Part shown: piece by piece, positions 1-13,520 of the stretch
Layout of the letters: each line of letters begins with the position of its first letter
How positions within the stretch are numbered: the first letter of the stretch is position 1
NCBI GenBank assembly: GCA_963920595.1
Contig: OY986948.1
Location: forward strand, 4,836,001-4,900,000
Direction: 5' to 3'
DNA: 64,000 nt
Source of the DNA: Eimeria praecox
Taxonomy: Eukaryota
The notes under the pieces: generated by a model
The model's database searches: none
Told to the model about the DNA's origin: nothing
What the model saw: the letters and a program-made list of their open reading frames with translations, nothing else
Made by a program: the position numbers and the translations under genes

Positions 1-139
1 TTATATTTATTTATTTATTTATTTTTATTTATATTTGTATTTCTTGTCTACAACAAACTCTAAACATTATTTTAATTTATCTGCGCCTGTCTCCTTTCTG
101 CTGTCTCTTCACCTTTTTAATATTTATTTCTATCTATCT

Positions 140-204
140 AATTTAATTTAATTTAATTTAATTTAATTTAATTTAATTTAATTTAATTAATTTAATTTAA
201 TTAA
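140..204. repeat. (TTAAT)n pentanucleotide microsatellite
   Basis: Tandem atttaatttaattta... directly visible. Confidence 0.9.
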
Positions 205-300
205 TATATTTTAATTTGAATGACAGAAATGTTTTTATCGTTGCTTCGAGCATCACAACTGTTCAGCTCTAAGCCTTCGCTAGTTAGATATGACAAGCTG

Positions 301-333
<33 letters not shown>

Positions 334-404
334 AGCTGCTGCTGCTGCTGCTGTTGCAGCTGCTGCTGCAGCAGCAGCAGCAACAGCAGCAAGAAAGAAG
401 ACAC

Positions 405-438
<34 letters not shown>

Positions 439-499
439 TCCTGTTTAAGTTTTTTTTAATAACCTGATTTCTACGCACGTTCTATGCAGGTGCTGCAAC

Positions 500-545
<46 letters not shown>

Positions 546-553
546 TCTGCTGC

Positions 554-584
<31 letters not shown>

Positions 585-731
585 TCAGTCTTTCTTCGAG
601 TTGTCTTTGTTGCTGTGTATGATTCTTGCAACACCCTCCTCTCGCTCCTGCTGCTGTTTCCTCTATTGTTGCTGCTGCAGCTACAACTAGTTCTTATTGC
701 TGCTGCTGCTGCTGCAGCAGCAGCAGCAGCA

Positions 732-766
<35 letters not shown>

Positions 767-851
767 GAGTGTTAGCGGACCGCGCTGTTTAGCTGCGGCT
801 TTGTCTTCGCTTCATTTCATTCCCAGAATCAAAAACAGCAGCAAGCTGGCA

Positions 852-892
<41 letters not shown>

Positions 893-1052
893 AGTAGACT
901 CTGCTGCTGCTCCTGCAGCAGCAGAATCTGCTGCTGCTGCTGCTGTTGTTGCTGCTGTTGCTGCTGCTGCTGACTCCTTTGTTGCATCTTCTGTTGCTGC
1001 TGCTGCTGCTGCTTCTGTTGTTTTTGTTTGCTGTTTCTGCTGCTATTGCAGA

Positions 1053-1085
<33 letters not shown>

Positions 1086-1143
1086 AACAACAGCATCAGC
1101 AACAGCAACAGCAGCAGCAGCAGCAGCAGCAACTATTTCTCTC

Positions 1144-2146
1144 TTAAGATTGCATGGCTTCTTGTTTTGCTTGTGCTAATAATGGTTTTATAGCATTAAG
1201 TCCCTCAATAACATTTGCTGCTGCATCGGAGTAGAGTTTGACTTTCTCTTGTTGTACAGCAGCAGCAGCAGCAGCAGCAGCTAGCTCTTTCAGTGTTGTA
1301 GTAAGCGTTTCCAACATTTGTTGTTGTCTTGTTTTTAATTTATCGTACGAATCCGCAATTTTAGCTCCCAATAATTCTATCTCCCCACTATCTATTTTAC
1401 GAAGAGACGTGAGGTGTATATGCATCAATGTCTCTTCTGCTGCAGCAGCAGCAAAACCTGGAGCTAACATTCGTACTGTGTCTGCTGCTGCTGCAGCTAG
1501 CTTCTCGGCTGTATTGCTGCTGTTGGTTTGATGTAGTAATTCGACTATAGAAGATAAACTCTCCACATTAAAACTTTTGATATATCTTCCAAATGCTTCT
1601 GCTGCTGCTTCAGGCGCACTTGATGCTGCTGCTGCTGCTGCTGCTGCTGGTGTTGCTGCTGCTGCTGCATCCCCATCCGCAGCATCAGCAGCAGCAGCAG
1701 CAGCAGCAGCATCAGCAGCAGCAGCAGCAGCAGCAGCACTTACCTCCGCATAGAGAGATAATGACTCCCTCGTAGCTTTTAAGAACTTACTTAAACTTAA
1801 TTGTATAACTTGTCGTTGCCGCAGCAGTGCTGCTGTTCCTGCTGCTGCTGCTGCTGCTGTTTGCTGCTTCAGTTCTGTTTGATATGCTGCTGCTTTCCGC
1901 TGCAGCTGTTGATGCTTCAACAGCATCAAACCATACAGCAGCACTTGTCTTCCCTTCTTAAGTGTTGCTTCCTTTGCTGCTGCTGCTGCAGCAGCAGCAG
2001 AAGCCCCTCCCCCTGATGTTGCTGCTGCTGCTGCTGCTGCTGTTGCTGCGTTGATAGAATTCAAAATTGATCGAGCACTATGCAGCAACATCCTCACCTC
2101 TCCACTGCCTGCTGCTGCTGCTGCTGGTGGTGTTGTTGGTGGTGTT

Positions 2147-2180
<34 letters not shown>

Positions 2181-3248
2181 ATTCTGGTGTTGTTGCTCCT
2201 GCTGCTGTTGTTGTTGCTGCTGTTGCTGCTGCTGCTGGGTCTGCTGCTGCTGCTGCTGCTGCTCCACCTCCTCCCTCCTGTTCCTCCTGCGTTGGTTTTT
2301 GTGCTGCTGCTGCTGCAGCAGCAGCAGCAGCAGCTTTCTTTCCTCCCTTGGCTGTTGTTGCAGCACCAGCACCACCACCACCACCAGCAGCACCACCAGC
2401 AGCAGCAGCAGCAGCTGCTGCTGCTGCTGCTGCTTCTGCTTCTTCCTGTGGTTGTATCTGTGCATTAAGAGCAGCAATAAGTCTGTTGAGTTCGCTAACA
2501 ATTATACCTTCGCAGTAGTCGTGCGATTTAATTGTTCTTATGCGTATATCTAATGCTTCTGTAAGCAGACTCCAATCTACCCCAAACTCCTGCTGCAGCA
2601 GCTGCTGCTGCTGCTGCTGCAGCTGCTGCTGCTGCTGCTGCAGCTGTTGCTGCTGCTGCTGCTGCTGTTGTAAGCCACCACTACTACCACCTCCATCAGC
2701 AGCATCAGCAGCAGCAGCAGCATCAGCAGCAGCAGCAGCATTCTCCTCCTCGTCATTATTATTATTATTATTATAATCTCGAACAACATGATGTTGTATC
2801 TGTTCAAGAGCATCAATCGATTGTTTATATCCGGCAAGAAGAGCAGCAAGTGCTGCAGTTTGTGTCTTTGTTGTTTCTGCTTCTGTTTGTAATATTTTTA
2901 TTTTTTCGGATATATTCAATAACTCTCTTCTACATGATGATGTCTCTCTTCTTGTTGCGGCAATTCTAGCATTCTTTGCTGCAGCAATTGGATTTGATAA
3001 TATTGTAAATAATAATATAACTAATACAATTATATATATTAATTTTGGAGGTAGTGCCTTTCTTACTTCCTGCAAACCAGATATATTTGGAACTAACGAA
3101 TTATCTGTTGGGGTGTATGGACAGTCATCATAATCCCACATATTAAATAATCCTTCCCAGTCGATCGTTTGGGGGCCAGGAGGCTGCCCCACAAGGATCC
3201 CTCTAGCAGGGGGAGGAGGCAGTATATATTTATTGTTATGGCTGCTGT

Positions 3249-3280
<32 letters not shown>

Positions 3281-3376
3281 TTGTTGCTGCTGTTGTTGCT
3301 GCTGCTGTTGTTGTTGTTGTTTATATCGTTTGTTGAAGGAGATATATTGCGCTCTTTCGAACCTGCTGCTGCTGCT

Positions 3377-3411
<35 letters not shown>

Positions 3412-3441
3412 ATTGCTGCTAGAACCTCTTCTCCCCTTACT

Positions 3442-3491
<50 letters not shown>

Positions 3492-3642
3492 CAAATTCCC
3501 CCGACTCTCCTTCTTCTTCTACTTGAAAACTATATACTTCTTGGAGATAACCTCCTTCCTCATCAGCCCATCGTATACCCCATTCGCTTTCTGTAGCATC
3601 ATCGAGTTCTTCTTCTTCTTCTGCTGTTGTTGCTGCTCCTGT

Positions 3643-3674
<32 letters not shown>

Positions 3675-3693
3675 GTGTTGGAGGTGGTGGTGG

Positions 3694-3725
<32 letters not shown>

Positions 3726-3811
3726 CTGCTGTTCGTGTTGTTGCTGCTGTTAAGCCTGAGCTGCCTATCAAATCTCCTTCATTTAACAACACCCCACCAC
3801 CACTATCACCA

Positions 3812-3853
<42 letters not shown>

Positions 3854-4028
3854 TTTGTATCTGACAAGCGTTTTATTGGCTGTGCAGCAGTTGCTTGTTG
3901 CTGCAGCACTACGATATTATCTTCTTCTGTTGCTGCTGCTGTTGCTGCAGCAGCAGCAGCAGCAGAAACAGCATTTTGAATACTGCTGCAGCAGCAAATA
4001 TATAATAGTAATAAACAAAAGAGGATGA

Positions 4029-4074
<46 letters not shown>

Positions 4075-4089
4075 TCTTGACACCCTCAT
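1144..4089 (-). CDS. Intronless hypothetical type I membrane protein (~981 aa): signal peptide, acidic low-complexity N-terminal part, one TM, long coiled-coil C-terminal part; poly-Ala/Gln rich
   Basis: Uninterrupted ORF with non-repetitive segments between CAG-derived runs. First ATG is at 4089 (4092 is GTG). Hydrophobic leader IILFCLLLLYICCC; TM LIYIIVLVILLFTIL; helical region after the TM. Confidence 0.8.
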
Positions 4090-4188
4090 CACGAGCGACG
4101 CTACGTAGAACTCGTACTTAAAACATCTTCAAGAGAGAGAGAGAGAGAGAAGCTGCAGCAGCAGCAGCAGCAAGAGATACAGCTGCTG

Positions 4189-4220
<32 letters not shown>

Positions 4221-4532
4221 GCAGCAGCAGCAGCAGAAGCTGCAGAAGCTGCAGCAGCAGCAACAACAAATTAAATTAAATACAACAACAAATGCTGTAG
4301 TGTATAATAGTAATATATAAACACAACAATATATATAACTAATGCCTCCAATAGGAGAATGGGAGAGAAGAAAGAGAAGAAGAAGAGAAGAAAGAAGAAT
4401 AAAATATAAATATAAATATAAATATAAATATAAATATAAATATAAATATTAATATTAATATTAAATAAAAGAAGAAGAAAAACAAACAAAACACAAACAA
4501 TAAACATACACAAATTCCAGGCTTAATACCAA

Positions 4533-4595
<63 letters not shown>

Positions 4596-4597
4596 CT

Positions 4598-4635
<38 letters not shown>

Positions 4636-4649
4636 CAGCAGTAGCCTCT

Positions 4650-4687
<38 letters not shown>

Positions 4688-4695
4688 GCCGCTCC

Positions 4696-4726
<31 letters not shown>

Positions 4727-4728
4727 AG

Positions 4729-4771
<43 letters not shown>

Positions 4772-5161
4772 CTTGCGTTGTTGTTGGGGTTGTATATATA
4801 TGTAGTTGCTTCTGTTTGTGATATTGAGTGAAGTGTACATGAATAGTATTAAATATATATTTAAATAATTATATTTTAATATTATTATAATAAAATAAAA
4901 AGAAGAAGAGATATAATAAAACATATATTGACTTCATCGATGCCTTCTTCCTCTCCCTTCTAGATCTGGGGTGTACACGCAGCTGTGGTGTAAGGATATT
5001 GTTTGTTTATTGGTTTATTTATATATTTATTTTTATTTATTTTTATTTATTTTTATTTATTTATTATATTTAGATCATATAATCCCCTATGAAGATTGCC
5101 ATAGCAGCACGAGACGGATAGATTAGTACTACTCTCTCTCTTTCTCTCTCTCTCCCTGCTC

Positions 5162-5198
<37 letters not shown>

Positions 5199-5478
5199 AG
5201 TTGCTGCTGCTGCAGTTGCTGCTGCTGCAGTTCTTATAATTGCTGTTGTTGTTGTTGCTGCTGCTGCTGAAGGAGAACAAGACCTGGCGCCTGCTGTTGC
5301 AGCAGCAGGAGGAGAGCGTTCCTGCTGCTCGTGCTGCTGCTGCAGCAGCTGCTGCTGCAGTTGCTGCTGCTGCAGTTGCAGTTGCTGCTGCTGCTGCAGT
5401 TGCTGCTGCTGCTGCTGCTGCTGCTGGATATGTATATATGAATGAGTCTGAAGACTTGAAAAGCTTCTTGATTTGCCT

Positions 5479-5525
5479 ATGGCGTTGTTTAGGGGAAGGA
5501 GGAAGGCGGCTCTCTCATCTTCTTA

Positions 5526-5559
<34 letters not shown>

Positions 5560-5714
5560 TTGCTTTCGTTCTTTTGCTGCTGCTGCTCTGTTTTCTCTAT
5601 CGGGGCAGCAGCAGAAACGCGATATGCTGCAGCAGCTTATGAGAGTGAAGCTGAGGGAGAGGAATCAACTGTATCGTCTGCAGCAGTAGGAGAGATTGAT
5701 GGCATCGAGTTAAG

Positions 5715-5761
<47 letters not shown>

Positions 5762-6382
5762 GTAGTGCTTCTTCTTCTTCCGGTGCAACAGCAGCAGCAG
5801 CATCATCAACAGCAGCAGCATCAACACCAACAGCAGCAGCAGGAACAGCAGCAACAGCAGCAACAGCAGCAGCAGCAGCAGGAAGAGGAGGAGGAGGAGG
5901 CCATACAGGCTACGTATATTATGATGATAGTTTAGAGGATGAGGGGAGTGAGATTGATGAAGAGCAAGACAGCAGCGGATCTGTAGAATCGCAACCAATA
6001 TATACTAACAGCAGCAGCAACAATAAATCTGGTGCAGGAGGAGGGAAGCCGCAGCTATCAATCCAGGTAGTACTATGGGTTGTATTATCTGCAGCAATAT
6101 ATTTAATAATGCGAGGAGCATCACGAGACGACGAGAAGCAAAAGAGTTTAGATGTACATCGTGTTCTATTGAGTAATACAATAAAAAAGTTAGAAACAGA
6201 TAGATATACAGCAGCAGCATTAGAGAGAGAGGTGGCGGCTGCTGCAGCAGACAGGAATAATCTGCAAGTACAAGTGGCTGCAGCAGAAGACACGTTACAA
6301 CGATTAGTTGCTAGTATACAAAATGCTGCAGCAGCAGCAGATCTAGAGGGAGGATGTTGCCAGCCAGCGAGGCTTCTCGCGC

Positions 6383-6441
<59 letters not shown>

Positions 6442-6606
6442 ACGAAAGGCGTGGCAGCCTTCCCGACAGGTATACCTACGGTTAATACCTGTAGAGAAGT
6501 AAGTAGAGACATACAGCTGCTGCTGCTGCATGTAGGAGACACATCGTATACAGAAGCAGCAGCACGGCGTCTACTGCAGCAGCTACGGATTCAAAAGCAG
6601 CAGCTG

Positions 6607-6644
<38 letters not shown>

Positions 6645-6785
6645 GCAGCAATCTATGTGGCTTAAACAAAGTAAATTTATACATGCTCTTACTTGGTTAG
6701 AAGCTACAGCAGCAGATTGGGGTCTTCAAGGATTGAGGGGAGAGACAGGCAGCATCAGAGGACGGCCTGCTGCTGCTGCTGCTGG

Positions 6786-6820
<35 letters not shown>

Positions 6821-7153
6821 AGTCGCGGGTTAGAGAGCGTGTGATAACGCTAATAGCAGCAGCAGGTTTAATGCTGCAACGATGGCTTCTGTTAGAGAAG
6901 GATGTGTATAGTGCGAGTATGTTGCTGCAGCAGCAGCAGCAGCAGCAGCAGGAACAGATAACAGATATAAATGCAGAAGCAGGGCAGCTACTTCTAGAGC
7001 TACAAACCATCAGTAGTACAACACGTAATTGGGAGAAGGAAGTTAAGAAGGTTTTAGATGAAACAGAAACGGAGAAGAGATTTATTGCTGTTGCTGAAAG
7101 TGTAGGAGCAACATTGCAGCATCTAGAGTCCTTGTTTGCTTTACGAGGTTGCC

Positions 7154-7189
<36 letters not shown>

Positions 7190-7312
7190 TGCAGCTGCTA
7201 CAGCAGCAGTTAGAACAGCAGCAGCAGCAGCAGCAACAACAACAACAGCAGCACCAGTTGCTCTTACAGGAGGCAGCAGATCCGGAGTCTGCTGCTGCTG
7301 CTGCTGCTGCTG

Positions 7313-7347
<35 letters not shown>

Positions 7348-7692
7348 ACAGCAGCAACAGAAGGCCCAGGGGAAGCAGCAGAGAAAGTACTAGCAGGTAT
7401 ACAGCGAGCGTGTGTATCAGTTGTAGATGAAATAGCAGCATTAAGAGCAGCAGCAGATGTTGATAGACTGCAGCAGAAGCTGCAGCAGCTTGATGGTGTT
7501 ACGAAGGGATTATTAAGTGGATTTGCTGCTGCTGCTGCTGCTGTTGGTAGATTTCGAGGATTATATGTTGCTGCTGAGGCAGACAGACAACAGAAGAGTA
7601 TTGCTGCTGCAGCAGCAACAGAAAGATATAAGCTGCTGCAGGGAATGCTAGATCAAACAACTACATGGTTTACAAACCTACAGCGAGCCCTT

Positions 7693-7727
<35 letters not shown>

Positions 7728-7731
7728 TAGA

Positions 7732-7767
<36 letters not shown>

Positions 7768-7782
7768 TTGAGGTATGCTTGA
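5479..7782 (+). CDS. Intronless hypothetical type I membrane protein (~767 aa): signal peptide, acidic region, one TM, long coiled-coil region; poly-Ala/Gln rich
   Basis: Long ORF with first ATG at 5479 (MALFRGRR...). Poly-Leu/FFCCC leader; TM IQVVLWVVLSAAIYLIM; complex helical sequence between repeats. Confidence 0.8.
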
Positions 7783-7962
7783 TTGGTGGGATTTCAACAG
7801 ATTCTTCTTCTTCATGTTTAACAAATATAACAAATTAATTATTTGAATATAAATCATAGCTTTCTTTTTTATTTAGATGCGTATACACCTGAAGTAGAAG
7901 TAGAAACTGTTTTATTAATTATTAGTATTAGTTTTATTATTATTATCAGATAGATAGCTTCA

Positions 7963-8340
7963 ATTGCTGCTGCTGCTCCCGTGCTGCTGCTGCTGCCCTG
8001 CTGCTGCTGCTGTTGTCGTACTGTTGCTGCTGGTGCAGCGGGGCTGCAGGAGTGCTGCTGCTGCCGTTGTGCTGCTGTTGCGGTTGTGCTGCTGCCGCTG
8101 TTGTGCTGCTGCTGCTGTCGTGCTGCTGCTGCTGTCGTGCTGCTGTTTTGCTGCTGCTGCTGTTCTGCTGCTGCTGCTGTTGTGCTGCTGCTGCAGTCGT
8201 GCTGCTGCCGCAGTTGTGCTGCTGCTGCTGTCGTGCTCCTGCTGCAGTTGTGCTGCTGCTGCTGTTGTGCTGCTGCTGGTGTTGTGCTGCTGCTGCTGTC
8301 GTGCTGCTGCTGCTGTCGTGCTGCTGCTGCTGCTGTGCTG
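7963..8340. repeat. CTG-based minisatellite with recurring gtcgtg/gttgtg interruptions
   Basis: Repeated units like gtcgtgctgctgctgct; produces shadow ORFs on both strands. Confidence 0.85.
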
Positions 8341-8399
8341 ATAGAAACTCCGAAAGGTGTGGCTTGATGTATGTTGTTGACTGAGACGCATGTCTTGCT

Positions 8400-8742
8400 G
8401 CAGCTAGCAGCAGCAGCAGCTAGCAGCAACAGCTAGCAGCAGCAACAGCTAGCAGCAGCAGCTAGCAGCAGCAGCTAGCAGCAACAGCTAGCAGCAACAG
8501 CTAGCAGCAGCAGCTAGCAGCAACAGCTAGCAGCAGCAGCTAGCAGCAACAGCTAGCAGCAACAGCTAGCAGCAACAGCTAGCAGCAGCAGCTAGCAGCA
8601 ACAGCTAGCAGCAGCAGCTAGCAGCAACAGCTAGCAGCAACAGCTAGCAGCAGCAGCTAGCAGCAGCAACAGCTAGCAGCAGCAGCTAGCAGCAACAGCT
8701 AGCGGCAACAGCTAGCAGCAACAGCTAGCAGCAACAGCTAGC
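8400..8742. repeat. ~13-bp tandem repeat AGCTAGCAGCA(A/G)C
   Basis: More than 20 tandem copies of agctagcagcaac / agctagcagcagc. Confidence 0.9.
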
Positions 8743-8789
8743 TGGGCGGTGGTCTAGGGCGCTCCAGCTAGCTGTCGAGGAATCAGCTG

Positions 8790-8842
8790 CTAGCTAGCTG
8801 CTAGCTAGCTAGCTAGCTAGCTAGCTAGCTAGCTAGCTAGCT
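8790..8842. repeat. (AGCT)n microsatellite
   Basis: Tandem tagc/agct units. Confidence 0.9.
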
Positions 8843-8992
8843 GAGACAGTAGCTATCGAGCTGTTCGTATATCCCCTCACGCCTTATCTGCAAAGGTATA
8901 CCTCTTTGGTTATGTAGGCAGCTAGCCGTTCAGCTAATGTAGCTAGCCCGCGTGATGGCTGGCTGGCTAGCTAGCTAGGTAGCTAGCTAGCT

Positions 8993-9218
<226 letters not shown>

Positions 9219-9612
9219 GTATGTAGGTAGGCAGATAGATAGGTATGTAGGTAGGTAGGTAGCTAACTAGCTAGCTAGCTGTCAGCCATAACATGTGCTA
9301 GCTAGCACATGTTATGGCTGACAGCGCCAGTACGCTGTACGGGAAGCCAACAGTTACTGACAGCAGCAACACCGCTAGCAGCAGCAACAACAATAGAAGC
9401 AGCAATAATAGTAGCAGCAGCAGCAATAGAAGCAGCAATAATAGCAGCAGCAGCTGCTGCTGCAGCATTGCTAGCCGAAGCTACTGCTGCTACGATTCGG
9501 TGGTGAGGAGATATCTTTCATTTAAATTTGTTTGCTGTATAAAAATGGGGTTAGTTATTATATCCCTTGTTAAGGATTAAGGGATATTCTAGCAACTTAT
9601 TTATTAGTATTT

Positions 9613-9644
<32 letters not shown>

Positions 9645-9791
9645 TTATTTATTATAATTAAATTATTATATATTGTTTATAATTATTAGGGTTCATAATA
9701 ATATTTATTATTATGTTTATTGGGGAGTTGCATGCATCAAAATGCCATTCTTGATGCATGCAGCGTTATCTTCCAGCTACAGAAAATGTAG

Positions 9792-10006
9792 TATAATAAA
9801 AAATAATTGTTTACTAAAAAAATATAATAAAAAATATAAATAAAAACAATAAATAATAAAAATATTAAAATTTTATTATATTAATTAAAAAAATTCATTA
9901 TAATAAAAAATAACTTTGTATTAAAAAAATATAATAAAAAATATAAATAAAAACAACAATTAATAAAAATATTAAAATTTTATTATATTAATTAAAAAAA
10001 TTCATT
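9792..10006. repeat. AT-rich ~107-bp tandem duplication (2 copies)
   Basis: tataataaaaaataa...taataaaaatattaaaattttattatattaattaaaaaaattcat occurs from ~9792 and again from ~9899. Confidence 0.8.
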
Positions 10007-10258
10007 TAAAATTTAAAGGAATACTTCTTGAGGTAAATTGAGCTCCAACAACAATAATAATAATAATAATAATAAATATAATAATAATACAACAACAACA
10101 ATAATAATAATAATAATAATAAATACAATAATAATAATAATAAGAGCAATAAATGAATAAATATATATATAACACTCCAAGATGTTGTACAATATCTTCA
10201 TGAGAATTGTTTGAAGCTGTTCGTGTTTATATTTCTACTGAGATTGAGGTTGGCTCTT

Positions 10259-13200
10259 AGAGGGGGATAAATGTTTTGATGTTTGTCTGCAGTGTTACTG
10301 CATGCATTAAATGAGGAGTTGCTGTTGAAAGGCTTCTGTGTATGTTTGTCTTGCTACAGACATTGCAGCAGCAGGGGGCGGGGTGTTGCTCCTTATGTGT
10401 CCGTGGCTTTGATTCCACATCATCCCCAAACAAAACCTTTTATAGATCTACACCAGATTACAAGGTTACAGGATATTGGATGGGGAGCGGGTGGGATCGA
10501 CTGTTTTGACTGTTTTAAAATAATGTTTACTTCACGTCTTCGACTCTATTGCACTTCGTCATGCTCTTCTCCTACGATCGTGAATCCTACGTAGTAACAC
10601 TCTATCGTTCTTAGAGAGGGGAGCCAGCAGCTAACTGCACCCCGGAGACAGATGCTGGTGGATAGTATTGATAGCATTGATTGGTAGCGAAGGTCCTCAC
10701 AAAACAAGCGGGATATTACCTCTCAAATCCCTTTAACAAAGCAATCTCTTTCTCTGTGTGCAAAGTGGAGACGAATAAAGATCTGCCGTCTTGTGGGGAG
10801 GCGGGCGATATACTCTGTAAAACCCTTACCAAACGGTCCCTCCCTCTATCCTTACGCCAAGTGAAGATTGATCAAGACCTGCCTTCTGATGGGGTTTAGG
10901 GTTTAGGGTTTAGGATGCCTCGCCGAATTGAAGCAAGCGCAGTATCTTTATCTGGCAAGTCCTACGATACCTTCACACCAAGTACACATCATGTAACATG
11001 CCTCCGGCTGTTCGGCTCATCTCTTTCTGAAGGGGAGCATAATAGAGGGGGCCAATGGAGCAATTACTCGCTCCCCTGTATGTTTGCTGTCACCTTCGAA
11101 ATGTACCTGAACGCTACCGTTGCTATTAGTACCTTCCTTATTAGAAGGAGGGGAAGAAAGAAACTGTTAGATATGTCTACCCCGATGTATCTCCTCTCCG
11201 GATACACACACACACTGGCAGTGAAAGCTTGTCAAGATGCTCAGCCACTCATATTTTATCCTCAGGACGGAAATGGGGTAGAGTACAGTACAAACGAGAA
11301 AATTTAGACAAGGAGAGTCATCGGTAGCTTGTTATCTCACAGAGTATTGTAGCATACCCTGTTTTATGCCGGTGTTCGTATCTCTACTTGTTTATACGCC
11401 GGGTGTAGGGGACCAACTACATCTCTAACTAGCTTGTACGCTACATTCTACAGAATTAGCTCAAGCAGCAAAAGGAAGATTGGTTATAGCTGCAAGCAAG
11501 GCTACCTTGCAGCACTAGCACCAGCAGAGTCTGGTGGGGCTAATGAAACGACAACCAGCGTTTGTATCAGCCGGACGCTGTGTCCAGGAAGCCAGAAGGC
11601 TAGAGGAGGAGGTATGCAGCTGCGGGGTAACCCCTTCCTCGAGCCTTTGAGCCTATTGCAGCTTGTGACTCTCCTCATACAAAATCGAGGACCATCACTA
11701 CAAGTACTTTTACTGGGTAAACAGGATTTCAGTGTGCACTCAGTATCTTATAGCGGGGCTGTCTGATGGAGAGAGGCAAGCCCACACTTGCATGGATGGG
11801 GGGAGGAGATTTAGGGGGAGACGGGGAGGAGCTAGCAAATATGATGCAGTGCTTCCTTATCAATGAAAAAACTAAAGCCCCATTCTACCGCGCTAGCTGA
11901 GAGTGAGGAAAGAGAGTTGGGAAATGATTCAGGTCCAACCTTATGGATATTGGGGCTGTGGATACCAACCTCGCTCAGAAAGAGAAGAAAATGAAAACAG
12001 ACAGCAGCCGGCTCATCGGTCACTCCCAAACTCGATGGATCGTGTCTAACCGCTGACATGTTTCTTTTGCAACAAACAAAGTCATACAAATCGAGATTGA
12101 AGGAATACAGAAACAGTTTAAGAACTGGAGAAGCAAGACTTGGCGCCACCATGAATAAAATAATAAAACAATAAAACGTTCAGGAGATTGCTGAGTTTAC
12201 AACCCAACATGCGCAACATGCGGCGGCCAGTCAGGAGGGCTGAAGGAGGCGAGTTCTGCTCATGAAGAGCATCCTCAAGTCAGCTCTTTACCTTTTCGAG
12301 TTACTACCGAGGGCCAGGTGCTACCACCGCTACTTGGCACACTCTATGAAGTGCCTCTGGTATCTGATGCTACGGAGACGAGATGCAACCTGCTGTTGGA
12401 TTCTGTGGCTACACTTCGCAGATAGAAACCCGAACTAGCTGCTCAATCCACGAATGGGCCAAATTACCATGATGTAGGATTGTTATATAGGGCGTCTTCA
12501 CCACAAATTAATCCTAGGCATGCTGTAGACAACTCATTCGAGGTCTCGCATGCAGCATCCTCCAGATATTGGTGGCGTGTTTAGGCGGCAACGGGTAAGT
12601 ACTCAACTCACGGTCCCAACATCATTTGCATCATCTAGAGTAGGTTTTCAAAAGAATCATCATTACTGACAGGAAACGAAGCTCAATAGCCACTATTAAT
12701 CCAGAAGACTTGGTTTCATTAGATTCAAGCTTTCTTCAAAGCTCGCAGAGGAGGGAGAAGTTGAATATATTCGCCCAGCATGGAGGTGCAATCACACCAT
12801 TCCTGCTGAATCAAGGAATTACCAAGGTTTCCCTGAGCTATACAACAAACGGCAATAACTTCATTGTGAGGAAGAACAGCTGGAGGCAATTGAGATCCTG
12901 GACACACGTGTAACAAACTACCCTCAGAGGCCGACGAAAGTGCGAATATTGCGTTAGGTGAATAAAAGATTGACAGTCTAAGTGCGCATGCAGAGATAGC
13001 CTGAGTGAAGCAGTTCTGTAGGAGAATCCGTTTGCCCCCCTAAGCTCAACAGGAGCGAGTGAAGGAGTGCCTACATGCAGCTTAGCGTAAACTTGCGCCC
13101 CAAACAGTCATGGGGTAACTGATGCTTTGTAGTACCCATCGATCTACCTTCTCTTCTCTTCTGTGTTGATTGCTACCCCCCATGGCCTACGCCACCTTCC

Positions 13201-13520
13201 TTGCGTATAGGTAGCCCCGCACCACACCCGACAACAATTAAGTTATTTCATATTTGAAGCAAGGTTGGGATACCGGCATCAAAAAGCCGCTTCCACCACA
13301 ATCGGCCTTCACAGAGTGCAAACAGTACGAGCGCTCACATCACTGCGATTCCCCTCGTAGGGCCGAGCTGCGGGTAGGCTGCAGCAGCAGCATAGAGAGC
13401 AGGCGTTTCTGAATACTACCCCTAATGCGCGTTCTCCTTGATGCTTTCTTTCCTTTCGTGATTATGAGTGGCCAGACACTCGAGGGGGTTTGCTGCTTGG
13501 TAAGGAAGGAGGGGCAGGAG
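10259..13520 (+). mobile_element. Degenerate Ty3/gypsy chromovirus-like LTR retrotransposon remnant (gag, zinc knuckle, protease and chromodomain fragments)
   Basis: Colinear decayed motifs: KFRQGESSVACYLTEY (~11300, retrotransposon gag Q-G-x-x-S-V-x-x-Y); GYSCKQGYLAA (11482, decayed CCHC); LLLDSVATL (12390-12416, LLDSGAT-like) and LILGML* (12508-12528, LILGMPW-like); EEEQLEAIEILDTR plus frameshifted GRRKCEYCVR* (12868-12961, chromodomain-like). Right boundary is approximate. Confidence 0.65.

Noticed and set aside
201..1193. Several poly-Q/C/L/A ORFs, including 220-459 (a possible terminal exon after an acceptor at ~225)
   Set aside because: Almost entirely CAG/CTG repeat with no recognisable domain; cannot be told apart from UTR repeats.
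7869..8429. Overlapping ORFs on both strands
   Set aside because: Stop-free shadows of a CTG minisatellite.
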